Positions 1-11,493 of a stretch of 64,000 nucleotides of DNA are shown here, one piece after another; within the stretch, counting starts at the first letter, position 1; every line of letters starts with the position of its first letter. The notes beneath the pieces are model-generated. The model saw only the letters and a list, made by a program, of their open reading frames with translations. It searched no databases and had not been told where the DNA came from. Origin of the DNA: Octopus sinensis (Eukaryota); the NCBI RefSeq assembly GCF_006345805.1, contig NC_043010.1:5518001-5582000 (forward strand), written 5' to 3'. The position numbers and the translations under genes were made by a program.

Positions 1-99
1 ATGATAATGATGGTGGTGTTGATGGTAGTGGTAATTGCTATAATAACAGTGAAAGTATGTCAGGTCACTTTCAGTGCTACTGATAACATGTAATTCTAT

Positions 100-2500
100 A
101 CAACTTGTCACACAGTCTGGTAACCCTACCAAGCACTTGCCTGGTAGGAAGAGTAATTAGGGAATGAAAAATCAGTTGTTAATTGATAATCTAATTATCA
201 GAAACTGCAAGAGAAGACACACAAACCTGAGTATGGCATGGATTGACTATCATAAAGAATATGATATGATATGATATCACACTCCTGGATAACAAGAACC
301 ATGGAAATGTATGGAATAGCATAAAACATGAGAAGCCTTATATGGAACAGTATGAAATGTTGGAGAACTGAAATGTCAGCAAGGAATTAGGTATCAGGAG
401 AGGTGAAAATCAAGAGAGGAATCTTCCAGGGAGACAGTGTGTCCCCACTGATCTTTGTGATCTTTGCTTGCAGACACACAAACTCTGCTTATAGAAAGGA
501 GACTTTAAATACATCCAAGAACCATAGTTCTGTATAGTTTTCTCTTGATGCAGGGCATTAATTCAACTGTGGCTATTAGGTACCTTTGATAGACATACTA
601 TCTAGCTATCTATCCATTTGTTTATTTGTTTACTTTTTTCTTTTATTTGTTTATTTATTTGTTTGTTTATTTTTCTTTTATTTGTTTTATTTATTTATGC
701 CAATATGGTAATGACTCTAAACTTAGAAAGTACACGTTTCTGTTGTTGGTATTCATAAATAGATAATTAATAATAATGATGATGGTGATGATGATAATAA
801 TAATAATAATAATAATTATAATAATAATTATAATAATAATTATAATAATAATTATAATTCATTAAGGTTCGGATAATTCACCTCTGGAAATGATCCTCTT
901 GAGTGAAATAGTATTGAAGACAAAGTTGGGGTTTGATCTGAAAGAAGTAAGGGAAATCTGAACCACTTCCTATCTATGGATGACTTGAAGTTGTTTACAA
1001 AAAGTGAGGCAGAACTGGACAACCTAGTCCTGTCTGTGTGGATTTTCTCAAATGATATCAAAATGGAGTTTGGACTCTCGAAATGTGCAACAATGGTGAT
1101 GAGACAAGAAAAGCTTGTCAGGACAGAAGGCATATATATGCCAAGTGGTGATGAAGGCAATTGAACCTGAATTCGGTTATAAATACCTGGGAATACTCAA
1201 AACAGATGGAATTAAACACAACGATATGGAAGGAAAGACAAAGAAAAAGTACCTGCAGTGAGTGAGAAAAATATTGACTTAAAAGCTGAATGCCAGATAT
1301 GTAATTTCGGCAATAAACTCTCACACAGTCACAGAAGTTTGGTATGGCACTGGAATCCTGAAGTGGACAGAAAAGAAAAAGGAGATGGACAAGAAAACAA
1401 GCAAGATCCTAACGATGCAGGAAGCTCATCATCCACATTCGCACACGGATCGTCTGTCCATGAAGAGAGCAAAGGGACACCTGTAAGTGTGGAAGACTGT
1501 GTACGTATTGAGCTCAGGAGCATAATGAGATACCTATCTCAAAGTAAGGAAACTTGCTAGTGTCAGTTAGCAATGGGAGAGTATTGAAAGTAGAGAAAAA
1601 AGGGAAATCAAAGGAAGAAGTACATGAAGAAATATTACACAACAAGGAACTACACAATTAATTTCCTGTAGCCACACCTGAAGTTGCTGGAAAACAGGAG
1701 AAACTGGCTGAAGAAAAGAACACTAAAAAAGAAACTGGCAGCACTGTACTGGAAGTGCAAGACCAAGCTTTGACCAAGAATTGGAGGGTCAACCTTAGAA
1801 ATGAGCAAGTGTCTCTGCTGTGCCTCGTTTGTAATAGAATGAACAAAACCATTGGTCATATCATCAATGAATGCCCTAGACTTACCCAAAACTATGACAA
1901 GTTGTGGTTACATGATGAGGTAGTGAAAGTGCTACACTAGAAACTGTGTGAAAAGTGGGGGATAGAAAGAGGCAAAATGTGGTATGAGCACAAACCGCAG
2001 GGAGTGGCAGAGTCAGAGACTTGCAAAATCCTCTGGGATTCCCAATCCAAACAGATCAGATGCCAGAGCATAACAGACCAGACCTAGAGGTGGTCGACAA
2101 GATGCACTGCATGTGCACTATACTTGATGCTGTATGTCCCTTTGACCCACAAATGGACAAGAAGGAAGATAAAAAAATAGATAAATACAACCTTCGTAAG
2201 TACAAAATAGCCTGACTATAGAAAATGAAGAATGTGAAAATAGTGCCAATTATTGTTGGTTCCTTGGGGACAGTATCAGAGTGCATCAAGAGGAATATAA
2301 AGGAATTTGGAATAGAGTGTCTAGCAGAACTGTTACAAAAGGTTTGCCTCCTTGGCACGGCCAGAATAATGAGGAGAATACTAGATAGGTGAAAAGAACA
2401 AGTAGTATGGTACCATAGGCTGCAGGCAGCAAGCCCACTACACATGCAAGACTCTGGAAGTTCCAAAAATACCTGAGATAAAAAAAAATAATAATAATAA
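100..2500 (+). mobile_element. Decayed R4/Dong-clade non-LTR retrotransposon (RT, CCHC knuckle, restriction-like endonuclease), frameshifted, ending in an (AAT)n tail
   Basis: Motifs read across frames: NQLLID (~170-190), AWIDY..HSWI (~235-290), GIFQGDSVSPLIFV (418-459), NHFLSMDDLKLF (~960-1000), C-x2-C-x8-H-x4-C knuckle CLVCNRMNKTIGHIINEC (~1820-1875), NRPDLEVVDK and ILDAVCPFD (~2070-2150), VPIIVGSLGTV (~2240-2275), A/(AAT)n tail at ~2478-2503. Many stops and frameshifts. An unrelated ~430 bp insert (~463-889) splits the RT. Confidence 0.85.
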
Positions 2501-2731
2501 TAATGGTTTCATATTTTAGCACACAGCCAGCAAGTTCATGGTGGGGTTATTTGACTGGTACTTACTTTATCAACCCCGAAAGGATAAAAGGCAAAGCTGA
2601 CCTCAGTGAAATTTGAACCCAGTACATAAGGACAGATAAAATGTTGCTGCCAGCTTGCCACCTTAGTAGTAGTAATATTAAGGATAATAGTAATAATAAT
2701 AATAATAACAATGATGATGATAATGATAATA

Positions 2732-2905
2732 GAAAAAGTTAATTTATTTTACTATGGGTAAATTAAAGTTAGAAATTTTTTTTAGTATTGTGTTAATATC
2801 AGTTTCTTTTATATTTATAATTATATTTATATATTTAATTTTAAATAACTATTGCTATATTATTTCATGGGAAATTTTTAATGTAATAAGGTTATTTGTT
2901 GAATT
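2732..2905 (+). pseudogene. nad5: Probable NUMT: 5' end of mitochondrial nad5, possibly with the 3' end of trnH
   Basis: From ATG 2754 in the invertebrate mitochondrial code: MGKLKLEIFFSIVLMSVSFMFMIMFMYLILNNYCYIISWEIFNVMSLFVELLLL. This resembles the ND5 N-terminus (WEI motif before the LL.DWMS region) and is extremely T/A-rich. It ends in a (GTT)n run. Recognised from memory, not by search. Confidence 0.6.
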
Positions 2906-3581
2906 GTTGTTGTTGTTGTTATTTAATACATTTTATTTTGTCTTGTTCACAATGTCTCATTTCACTTTGAGTCTTTATTAGTTCCTTCTAAACATCAGAT
3001 TATGGCAGAGCATTTAATCGCAAACTCATCAGCCAAAGCATCGAACAGTTCAGCATGGCAACGGAGCCAACATAGATTGTACCGGGGGGCAGCATGAATT
3101 AGAAATTGAGACATTTGGAAAACTATTGTATCACAGACTTATACAAATGACACCAGAAATAATAAATTTGGAACTGAACATGATAATGTTAGGGGAGTGT
3201 CAAGTACAATGGCATCGACAACAACAACACTTAGAAGTTTCTGGTCCACAATTTTAATATTTCATTCACCAAATCTTATTTAAATATAAATGTTTATGTA
3301 CAGAAGCATGCAGCTTTGTTTTAACATGTGCCAAAATTCTTATCAGGCAGCGTCAGAAGAATACCTAGTTAGAAATTACACTTTATGGTTTGCAATCTAG
3401 TCACACATTTGTAATACTAACAATATGTCTCAAGGAAAATACATTGGAAGTATATTCTGCTTACTAAGTATGACTACAATAGAGCTTCACATATTAAAGA
3501 TATTTAACTGTCTCTTTTAACATCAGACAAGTTTGAGGTGAACAAATCATACAGCATTTAAATAAGTGTAATATCACTAAC

Positions 3582-4089
3582 TGTGGAGGCCCGTGGCTTA
3601 GTGGTTAGGGTGTCAGAATCATGTTCGTAAGGTTGTGGTTTCAATTCCTAGACCGGGCAATGCGTTGTGTTCTTGAGCAAAACACTTCATTTCACGTTGC
3701 TCCAGTCCACTCAGCTGGCAAAAATGAGTAATGCTACGATGGGCTGGCGTCCTGTCCAGCTGGGGAATACATACGCCATGGAAACCGGGAAACTGGGCCC
3801 ACGAGCCTGGATAGGCATTAAAAAGGGCGAATTTATTTATTTGTGGAGGCACATGGCTTAGTGGTTAGGGTGTCAGAATCATGTTCGTAAGGTTGTGGTT
3901 TCGATTCCTAGACCGGGCAATGCGTTGTGTTCTTGAGCAAAACACTTTATTTCACATTGCTCCAGTCCACTCAGCTGGCAAAAATGAGTAACGCTGTGAT
4001 GGATTGGCGTCCTGTCCAGCTGGGGAACAAATACGCCATTGAAACAGGGAAACCGGGCCCATGAGCCCGGCTAGGCTTTTAAAAAGGGT
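3582..4089 (+). mobile_element. Head-to-tail tandem dimer of a tRNA-derived SINE (here family E), 260 bp period
   Basis: TGTGGAGGC starts at 3582 and 3842. Each unit has A box TGGCTTAGTGG, B box GTTTC(A/G)ATTCC and a TTCTTGAGCAAAACACTT..CTCCAGTCCACTCAGCTG body. Units are about 90% identical. Confidence 0.85.
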
Positions 4090-4366
4090 GAGGAAGGAAT
4101 ATTACTAATTAATCTAATAAAGAATTTGACCAGGTTATCTTTCAACAGTCACATTTTGAGCCATTATATTTCAAAGTTATAAAAAATAATTTCCCATCAA
4201 AAGCCATAAAAAAACCAACTTGGAGGTCTCTACTCTTTCATTCATAAGCTTCGATTTGCAATTTTACTGTATTAATGTAAATTTTTTTATCCAAGTAATC
4301 AATTTGGTCCTAAAACCGACAAACTAATATTTCTGTTGAAATTTTTTATGAATTTTGTTGCTAATG

Positions 4367-4548
4367 GGAGTAGAAGTGGCTTTGTGGTAAGTAGCTTGCT
4401 TATGAACCACATGATTCCTGGTTCAGTCCCACTGTGTGGCACCTTGGGTAAGTGTCTTCTACTATAGCCTCGGGCCGACCAAAGCCTTGTGAGTGGATTT
4501 GGTAGATGGAAACTGAAAGAAGCCCGTCATATATATGTATGTATATAT
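4367..4548 (+). mobile_element. SINE family A, 5' part
   Basis: Matches the recurring head GGAGTGGCTGTGTGGTAAGTAGCTTGCTT..GGTTCAGTCCCACTG..ACCTTGGGCAAGTGTCTTCTACTATAGCC seen in more than 20 copies in the window. Other partial copies at ~5170-5500, 12007-12185, 21790-21900, 22670-22850, 33370-33520, 33760-33975, 44120-44330. Confidence 0.85.
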
Positions 4549-5507
4549 GAAAAATGAAAAAACTGTGCAATCTGCTGATTGGATACCCAGTACGAAATAA
4601 TTTGGTCTGTGATGACAGTCCAACTGGCACTGGCATGGAAAGTAAATGTAAAATGACAGTTTTGGATTTTGACTCAAGATCAGTAATTTTAGGGGAAGGT
4701 TGTTAAGTGATTTCATCAACACTGCTCAACTGGTATTTATTTTATCAAACCCCGGAAGGACGAACAGCAAAGTTGACAATGATGGCATTTAATGTGAGAA
4801 TATAAAGAGCCAGAATAAATGCCATTCAATAGTTTTGTCTGATATACTAACGAATCTGCAGGCTTGACACCTTTCAGGTGATGATGCTTGTCAATCCATG
4901 AAATGAACAGAGAAAGCAGAAAGCACAGTGCAATTCAAAGTTAAAATCAAAAGCATACATGCAAACAGGTGAGGTACTTTGATGTTGAAAAGTTATTTCA
5001 AACAACACCTTAACACTAAATTCTCACACTAATCTGGAAGCAGCATCAGAAATTCTAGAAGTTGCAGAAATTCAAGAAGATACAACATGTAATAAAAGAA
5101 GAAATTTAAAAAAAACAATATAAAGAGTGGGAAAATATTTTCACCAATGTATAGCAATGAGTGTTCTAGGGATGGCTGCTGGGTTAAGAAGCTCACTTTG
5201 GAACCATCTGGTTTTTAGCTCAGCCCTGCTACATGACATCTTGGACAGGTGTCTTCTACCACAGTCCTGAGCCAACCAATGCCTTGAATGTGAATTTGGT
5301 AGATGGCAACCCAGTGGAAGCTCAGTGTGTGTGTGTGTGTGCGTGTGTTTGTCACCTGACTACCACCACTAGACAATCCCACTTCAAAGTGGTGTTGGTC
5401 GTTTATGCCCCCATAACTTTGTAGTTTGGCAAAAGCGACTGATAAGATTTAAGGACCAGAGTTAAAAATGACTGAAACAAATAAAAGATAAAAGATAGAA
5501 AAGTTAA

Positions 5508-7850
5508 TTAATGACTTACTCTGCCTTCTTTTAGAGTATGGTAATGTATTCCTGGATCACTCCAGTTGTGATCTGACTGAAATCCCGGTAGAGACTGCCT
5601 TCTGCACATAACAGGCATTGTAACTGGTGAATCCGAGTGAGGTAGTTGTTTATGGAAATATTCTATATGTTTGTTTGTATGGGGGTATTTCCTTGGTGAG
5701 TTCACCACTGTACTATAATGAATGTTCCTTTGGTCATTCCTTTTCACTATGCACAAGGTTATGGAGATGACAAGAACAAGAGATACTATCACAGCTGCCA
5801 CAATAATTATAATAAATAGATTTATATTAATGCTGTTGTCTGGTGTTTTTGATGATGCTGTAAATGTTGTTAAAGTTTTATTGCTAACAGTTAGTTTCAA
5901 AGACAGTGTAGTTGTTGCTGATAAAACTGGTTTGCCTTTGTCTTTGACTGCTAATTCCAGATTATACAATCCAGCATCATTTTGGTTAACTGTACGAGAG
6001 AAAGACAAAACTCCTGTATAAGGGTTGACTTTAAATAACTTTTTAATATTGCCTCCGAGTATTTCATACTTAAGGAAAGCATTTACATGGCTGTCTCTGT
6101 CGGAGGCTCTTAGAACAGTGATTTCCTTGCTACTGCCTGGAAAATAGTTGAACTCTACATTGAACAGGTTTCCACTGGGGAAGGTAAAATAGGGAGCATT
6201 GTCATTTACATCAACAATTTCAACAGTAATATTTGCTGTGCTTGTCAGTGAAGGGGTTCCATTGTCTTTTGCTAAAACTTTGAATCGATAAATGTCACAC
6301 TGTTCTCTGTCTAGTGACTGGGTGGTTGATATAAATCCAAAATTAGAAATATGGAAAGGAAAGTTTCTATTTGTCTCACTTTTAAGATAATAACTAACTT
6401 CTCCACCGGGCCCTAAATCAGGATCACTAACATTAACGAAGCCGATCGGAAAGCCTTTCTCTCCATTTTCGTATGTTATAAACGTAAATGAACTTTTGGT
6501 AAACTGTGGTGGTACATCATTAACATCTTCGATATAAACAGAAAATTGCTTTTCTGCTGTTAAAGGAGGAGACCCTTTATCTTGACATTTAATCTTAAAA
6601 CTCATACTTGTTGTTGTCTCCCTGTCAACTTCCTTTTTCAGTCTTAATGAGTATCGGTTTTCCCCTGCATCTTCCAAATGAAAATAATCATGTTTTATGC
6701 CACACTCAACATCACCATTTTTCCCCTTGTCGTTATCTCTAATTTTTACATATGCAAGGAAAGTATCCACCGGTTGTTTTTCTGAAATCGTTAATGTATT
6801 GTTTGATTGAGTAATAAAGGTAACTTCAATATAAGGTGCATTGTTCTCTTGATTAGTCACATACACCCAAACTATTGCATCTGAGCTCAAAGCAGGGCTA
6901 CCTCCATCAGTGGCCTCAATATAAAGCTGGTAGCTTTTTTGTTTCATTTTAGAAATTTGTGTATTGAGGAAGATTTCTCCAGACTCTTCATTTAATTTAA
7001 AATGTGCCACAGCAGTTTCTAATGTTTTTGAGCTGAACCGATATGAAATTTTACTGTTCATACCAGAATCGGCATCTGTTGCAGAAACAGCTGCTATTGG
7101 CATGTTACTTCGCACTGTGTTTCCTATGGAAAAATTGTACTTTTTCTGCATAAAGACAGGAGCATTATCATTGAAATCTAAAACAACTATTTTGATTTTT
7201 AAAATACTTTCTTCTTCTGAAGATCTACTACCTTTGGCAATAACTTGGATCGTATGTGTATTTTTAGTTTCCCGATCAAGTTGTTCATCCAACACTATTT
7301 TTAGTTGAGATGTTCCATCCACTTTCTTAGAAATGTCTAAGGAAAATGGTGCATCATCACCTTTATTTATTTCATATTTGATTTCAGAGTTTTGTATGCT
7401 TATATCTTTATCCACAGCATTAAAGATAGGTTTTTTCATACCTTTACCAGCAGATTCAGAAAAAAGAAGGTTCACCTCCGACTTTGGAAATATAGGTTTA
7501 TTGTCATCAATATCGTTTACAATTATCTTAATTTCTCTGACATATTTTACAATGCCACCACTTTTTATTGTAACATCAAGCGTTCTGTAACATTCTGCAT
7601 TGTAAGAACAGAGAGCTTCTGCATCTAGCTTTTGAAGTGTATACACTTTTCCACTCTTGGTGACACGGAATAAATTTTTGCTTTCTCCCTGAAGCATTTC
7701 AAAAACTATATTAGATTTGTCCTGCTGGGGAAGACTGTCTGCAATATCTCCTACAAACGTTCCTGGAGGTTCTTCTTCATTTACATGGTAGCTTTCCATA
7801 CAATTTGATTGTCTTAGGAGAAACAAGAATATACAAACTTGTACCCACAT
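5508..7850 (-). CDS. Pcdh: Protocadherin of the expanded cephalopod type: signal peptide, 6 EC repeats, TM helix, short cytoplasmic segment; 780 aa from the probable ATG
   Basis: ORF 5508-8015. The likely start is the MWVQVCIFLFLLRQSNC signal peptide (ATG at 7850); the upstream 55 codons run through a polypyrimidine tract/acceptor. Six cadherin repeats with DRE/DAE, DxD and DxNDN-type motifs, C-x5-C in EC1 (LCSYNAEC), TM NINLFIIIIVAAVIVSLVLVISITLCIV. The whole ectodomain and TM lie in one exon. Family-level name only. Confidence 0.95.
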   Translation of the reverse strand: MWVQVCIFLFLLRQSNCMESYHVNEEEPPGTFVGDIADSLPQQDKSNIVFEMLQGESKNLFRVTKSGKVYTLQKLDAEALCSYNAECYRTLDVTIKSGGIVKYVREIKIIVNDIDDNKPIFPKSEVNLLFSESAGKGMKKPIFNAVDKDISIQNSEIKYEINKGDDAPFSLDISKKVDGTSQLKIVLDEQLDRETKNTHTIQVIAKGSRSSEEESILKIKIVVLDFNDNAPVFMQKKYNFSIGNTVRSNMPIAAVSATDADSGMNSKISYRFSSKTLETAVAHFKLNEESGEIFLNTQISKMKQKSYQLYIEATDGGSPALSSDAIVWVYVTNQENNAPYIEVTFITQSNNTLTISEKQPVDTFLAYVKIRDNDKGKNGDVECGIKHDYFHLEDAGENRYSLRLKKEVDRETTTSMSFKIKCQDKGSPPLTAEKQFSVYIEDVNDVPPQFTKSSFTFITYENGEKGFPIGFVNVSDPDLGPGGEVSYYLKSETNRNFPFHISNFGFISTTQSLDREQCDIYRFKVLAKDNGTPSLTSTANITVEIVDVNDNAPYFTFPSGNLFNVEFNYFPGSSKEITVLRASDRDSHVNAFLKYEILGGNIKKLFKVNPYTGVLSFSRTVNQNDAGLYNLELAVKDKGKPVLSATTTLSLKLTVSNKTLTTFTASSKTPDNSININLFIIIIVAAVIVSLVLVISITLCIVKRNDQRNIHYSTVVNSPRKYPHTNKHIEYFHKQLPHSDSPVTMPVMCRRQSLPGFQSDHNWSDPGIHYHTLKEGRVSH
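5514..5522 (-). other. Candidate 5' splice donor AGA|GTAAGT at the end of the protocadherin exon (exon would end at 5520, phase 0)
   Basis: Minus strand reads GGC AGA GTAAGT CAT TAA. The intronic hexamer is a perfect consensus and the stop lies in the fourth codon of the putative intron. Confidence 0.6.
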
Positions 7851-7934
7851 GTCCTCATTTATAAATTTTAAACAGAACAAATTAGTGAAGTTTGGTTCTG
7901 TTGTTGTAATACAGCTTCTAATATTACACTCAAG

Positions 7935-7980
7935 CTGGAGGAAAACAATCTGAAAAACACAAGCAGAAAAAAAAAGAGAC
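7935..7980 (-). other. Candidate 3' splice acceptor(s) ahead of the protocadherin coding exon
   Basis: Minus strand: TCTCTTTTTTTTTCTGCTTGTGTTTTTCAG| (exon starts 7949), with an alternative TTGTTTTCCTCCAG| (exon starts 7934). This implies untranslated exon(s) at higher coordinates. Confidence 0.65.
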
Positions 7981-8487
7981 ATTAAAAATGGATACAACAA
8001 AAGGGTTTGGTTCAAGATTAGAAGCTACTATTGTCAAGATACAAGCAAGTCTAATGATCAGCATAATGTGATATATACATACATATGCACATACATATGA
8101 ACAAGCACACATATAAATAAATATAGATACAAAGAGAGGTGCATGGCCCAGTGGATAGAATGTCAGGCTCACAATCTTGAGGAATAGTTTGTCAACAAAC
8201 AGCCATGGGACTCAAATCCACATCTCTTGAAGACTCCAGCCAAGTGCTTTACCATTAAGCTAAACTGCCCACTGACAAATTAATCCACAAATTTTTACAC
8301 TATAAAGCTGAAAGTATAACTACGTGTATATAAGTATAAACAAACTAACCTTTGTTTTTTATAAGCATTGAACTGTGTACTGTAAGATACAATTCAAATG
8401 ATGATTTATTTTCAAACAAAGAAGTGTCATTAGAACACAGAAATATTGGGTAAGTTACCCACATCTCTTTGTGGATTAATTTGTCAG

Positions 8488-8877
8488 CGTGGAGGCGCAA
8501 TGGCCCAGTGGTTAGGGCTGCGGACTCGCGGTCATAGGATCGCGGTTTCGATTCCCAGACTGGGCGTTGTGAGTGTTTATTGAGCGTAAACACCTAAAAA
8601 GCTCAACGAGGCTCCGGCAGGGGATGGTGGTGATCCCTGCTGTACTCTTTCACCACAACTTTCTCTCACTCTTACTTCCTGTTTCTGTTGTACCTGTATT
8701 TCAAAGGGCCGGCCTTGTCACTCTCTGTGTCACACTGAATATCCCCGAGAACTACGTTAAGGGTACACGTGTCTGTGGAGTGCTCAGCCACTTACACGTT
8801 AATTTCAAGAGCAGGCTGTTCCGTTGATTTGGATCAACCGGAACCCTCGTCGTCGTAACTGACAGAGTGCTTCCATC
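8488..8877 (+). mobile_element. Full-length, CpG-rich (young) tRNA-derived SINE (here family D) with 10 bp TSD
   Basis: Head GGCGCAATGGCCCAGTGGTTAGGG..GGTTTCGATTCCC. Flanks AATTTGTCAG (8478-8487) and AATTTGTTAG (8878-8887). An inverted, decayed tail of the same family is at ~14846-14975. Confidence 0.85.
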
Positions 8878-9234
8878 AATTTGTTAGTGGGCAGTTTAGG
8901 TTAACAGTCTCGTGGCTGTTTGTTGACAAATTTTTCCGCTGGCGTTTCTGCATTTGAAAATGAATTATCATCTTATTTGTATCTTACAGTACATATTTCA
9001 ATGCTTTTTATATTTATATACATGTGTATTTGTGTTTGTATATGTGTGTCTGTAAGTGTGTTTTTTTTTACTTTTTAGTCAGGGGGTGGCAGTGACCAAG
9101 AGCCTTTAGAGAGCCTCTGAGACTGAGAGGGGGAAGAGAGAGAAGGATGGAGAGAGGACGGTATGAGCAAATCAATAAGCATACCTACTGAAGGTATCCA
9201 AGGTGAAACATGATGATGTTAAACCAGGCATGAA

Positions 9235-9649
<415 letters not shown>

Positions 9650-9856
9650 TGTCTCCCGTCCAAGTAGACCATTCAGGGATTTCAAACTCAAAATGCAGAA
9701 AACTTGGACAAACACCCCAAGTCATCTGGTCCATGGACCTCAACAGGATTTGAACCCAAAGAGCAGAATGTCAGAACAAATACTGAAGCATTTTTTATTC
9801 AATGCTCTAAAAACTCTACCAATTAACATGTGTGTGTGTGTGCATGTGTATAATTG

Positions 9857-10079
9857 CTCTCTTTTACTCTTTTACTTGTTTCAGTCATTTGACTGCGGCC
9901 ATGCTGGAGCACCACCTTTAGTCGAGCAAATCGACCCCGGGACTTATTCTTTGTAAGCCCAGTACTTATTCTATCGGTCTCTTTTGCCGTACCGCTAAGT
10001 GACGGGGACGTAAACACACCAGCATCGGTTGTCAAGCAATGCTAGGGGGACAAACACAGACACACAAACACACACACAT

Positions 10080-10136
<57 letters not shown>

Positions 10137-10291
10137 TACGACAGGCTTCTTTCAGTTTCCGTCTACCAAATCCACTCACAAGGCATTGGTCGGCCCGGGG
10201 CTATAGCAGAAGACACTTGCCCAAGATGCCACACAGTGGGACCGAACCCGAAACCATGTGGTTGGTTAGCAAGCTACTTACCACACAGCCA
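9857..10291 (-). mobile_element. SINE family A, full length, with internal (TA/CA)n and (AGTAAAAG)n-like tail
   Basis: Complete reverse complement of the family A consensus from head to GACTGAAACAAGTAAAAGAGTAAAAGAG tail. Confidence 0.9.
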
Positions 10292-10693
10292 CTCCTACGC
10301 CTGCGTGTGTGTGTTAATATTTTATTTAATTTATTTGATATCATTTGATACCATTATTGTCAGGACGATTTTGAATCATTATTTGAAAGAATTCTGTCTT
10401 TTGTAACTTCCTGTGTCATTGAAACAGAATAGTTGATCTAAAATCATTTCTAACCACTTACTTACTTACTTTAGATGTCAGAACGGTTTGGTTTGAATTT
10501 CTCATGTGGTTTGGAAGGAACTTTTGAAAGGCAAAATGGTTACTTTGATGACAGAGAATTGAATTAAATAAATTGTCTCCATAGACTTCATCTTGTTGGC
10601 AGATCAATCATTTTGTGACTGAAGTATGAGCTTTGTATTGTCTTTAGAGTTACAGTGAAAATGTTTCACTTCATTTTGAAGTACAATTTGGCA

Positions 10694-10747
<54 letters not shown>

Positions 10748-10759
10748 CATTATTATTAC

Positions 10760-10803
<44 letters not shown>

Positions 10804-10851
10804 TATTATTATATTATTATTATTATTATATTATTATTACTATTATTATTA

Positions 10852-10944
<93 letters not shown>

Positions 10945-10964
10945 TATAATTATTATTATTATTA

Positions 10965-11027
<63 letters not shown>
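10694..11027. repeat. (TAT)n microsatellite, ~330 bp
   Basis: Directly visible; explains the poly-Y/I/L ORF 10655-11029. Confidence 0.95.
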
Positions 11028-11029
<2 letters not shown>

Positions 11030-11236
11030 GATGGCAAGCTGGCAGAATCATTAGCACACTAGGCAAAATGTTTAGTAGCATTTCATCTGACCTTATGTTT
11101 TGAGTTCAAATTCCAGTGAGGTCAACTTTGCCATCCTTTCGGCTTAATGAAATAAGTACCTGACGAGCACTGGGGTCGATGTAATCAACTAGTCCCCTCA
11201 CCCAAAATTTCAGGCCTGGTGCCTTTAGTAGAAAGG
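11030..11236 (+). mobile_element. SINE family B (variant tail)
   Basis: GGCAAGCTGGCAGAATCATTAGC..GAGTTCAAATTCC..GAGGTCAACTTTGCC..CACTGGGGTCGATGTAATC. Other partial B copies at ~2510-2660, 4680-4860, 21040-21230, 22860-22990, 37900-38090, 38140-38280, 57330-57490, 61200-61330, 62608-62757. Confidence 0.8.
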
Positions 11237-11422
11237 ATTATCAAGAGTTCATCGGCTAAAGAACTCCAGATTTTTATGTTACCAGAATAAACAAACTTGT
11301 AACTTGTTGGCAAAAATGTGTTGACTATAATGGTACTAAGTTTGGTGATGAAAATGTCTGCATTGTTGAAATATATTGTGATGGATTTCATGTTTCAAAA
11401 TGTTGCTTACATTTTACTCAGC

Positions 11423-11491
<69 letters not shown>

Positions 11492-11493
<2 letters not shown>

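Noticed and set aside
2990-3130. Minus-strand FPNVSIS / ELFDALADEFA resembling a hAT C-terminal dimerisation domain or a downstream protocadherin exon
   Set aside because: The two motifs are in different frames, similarity is weak, and no in-phase acceptor gives an open exon.
3582-3660. tRNA genes at SINE heads (also 8488, 60893)
   Set aside because: A and B boxes are present but there is no complete cloverleaf, and each continues into a SINE body.
7851-8015. N-terminal 55 aa extension of the 835 aa ORF
   Set aside because: It runs through a polypyrimidine tract and acceptor; the signal peptide begins at the Met at 7850.
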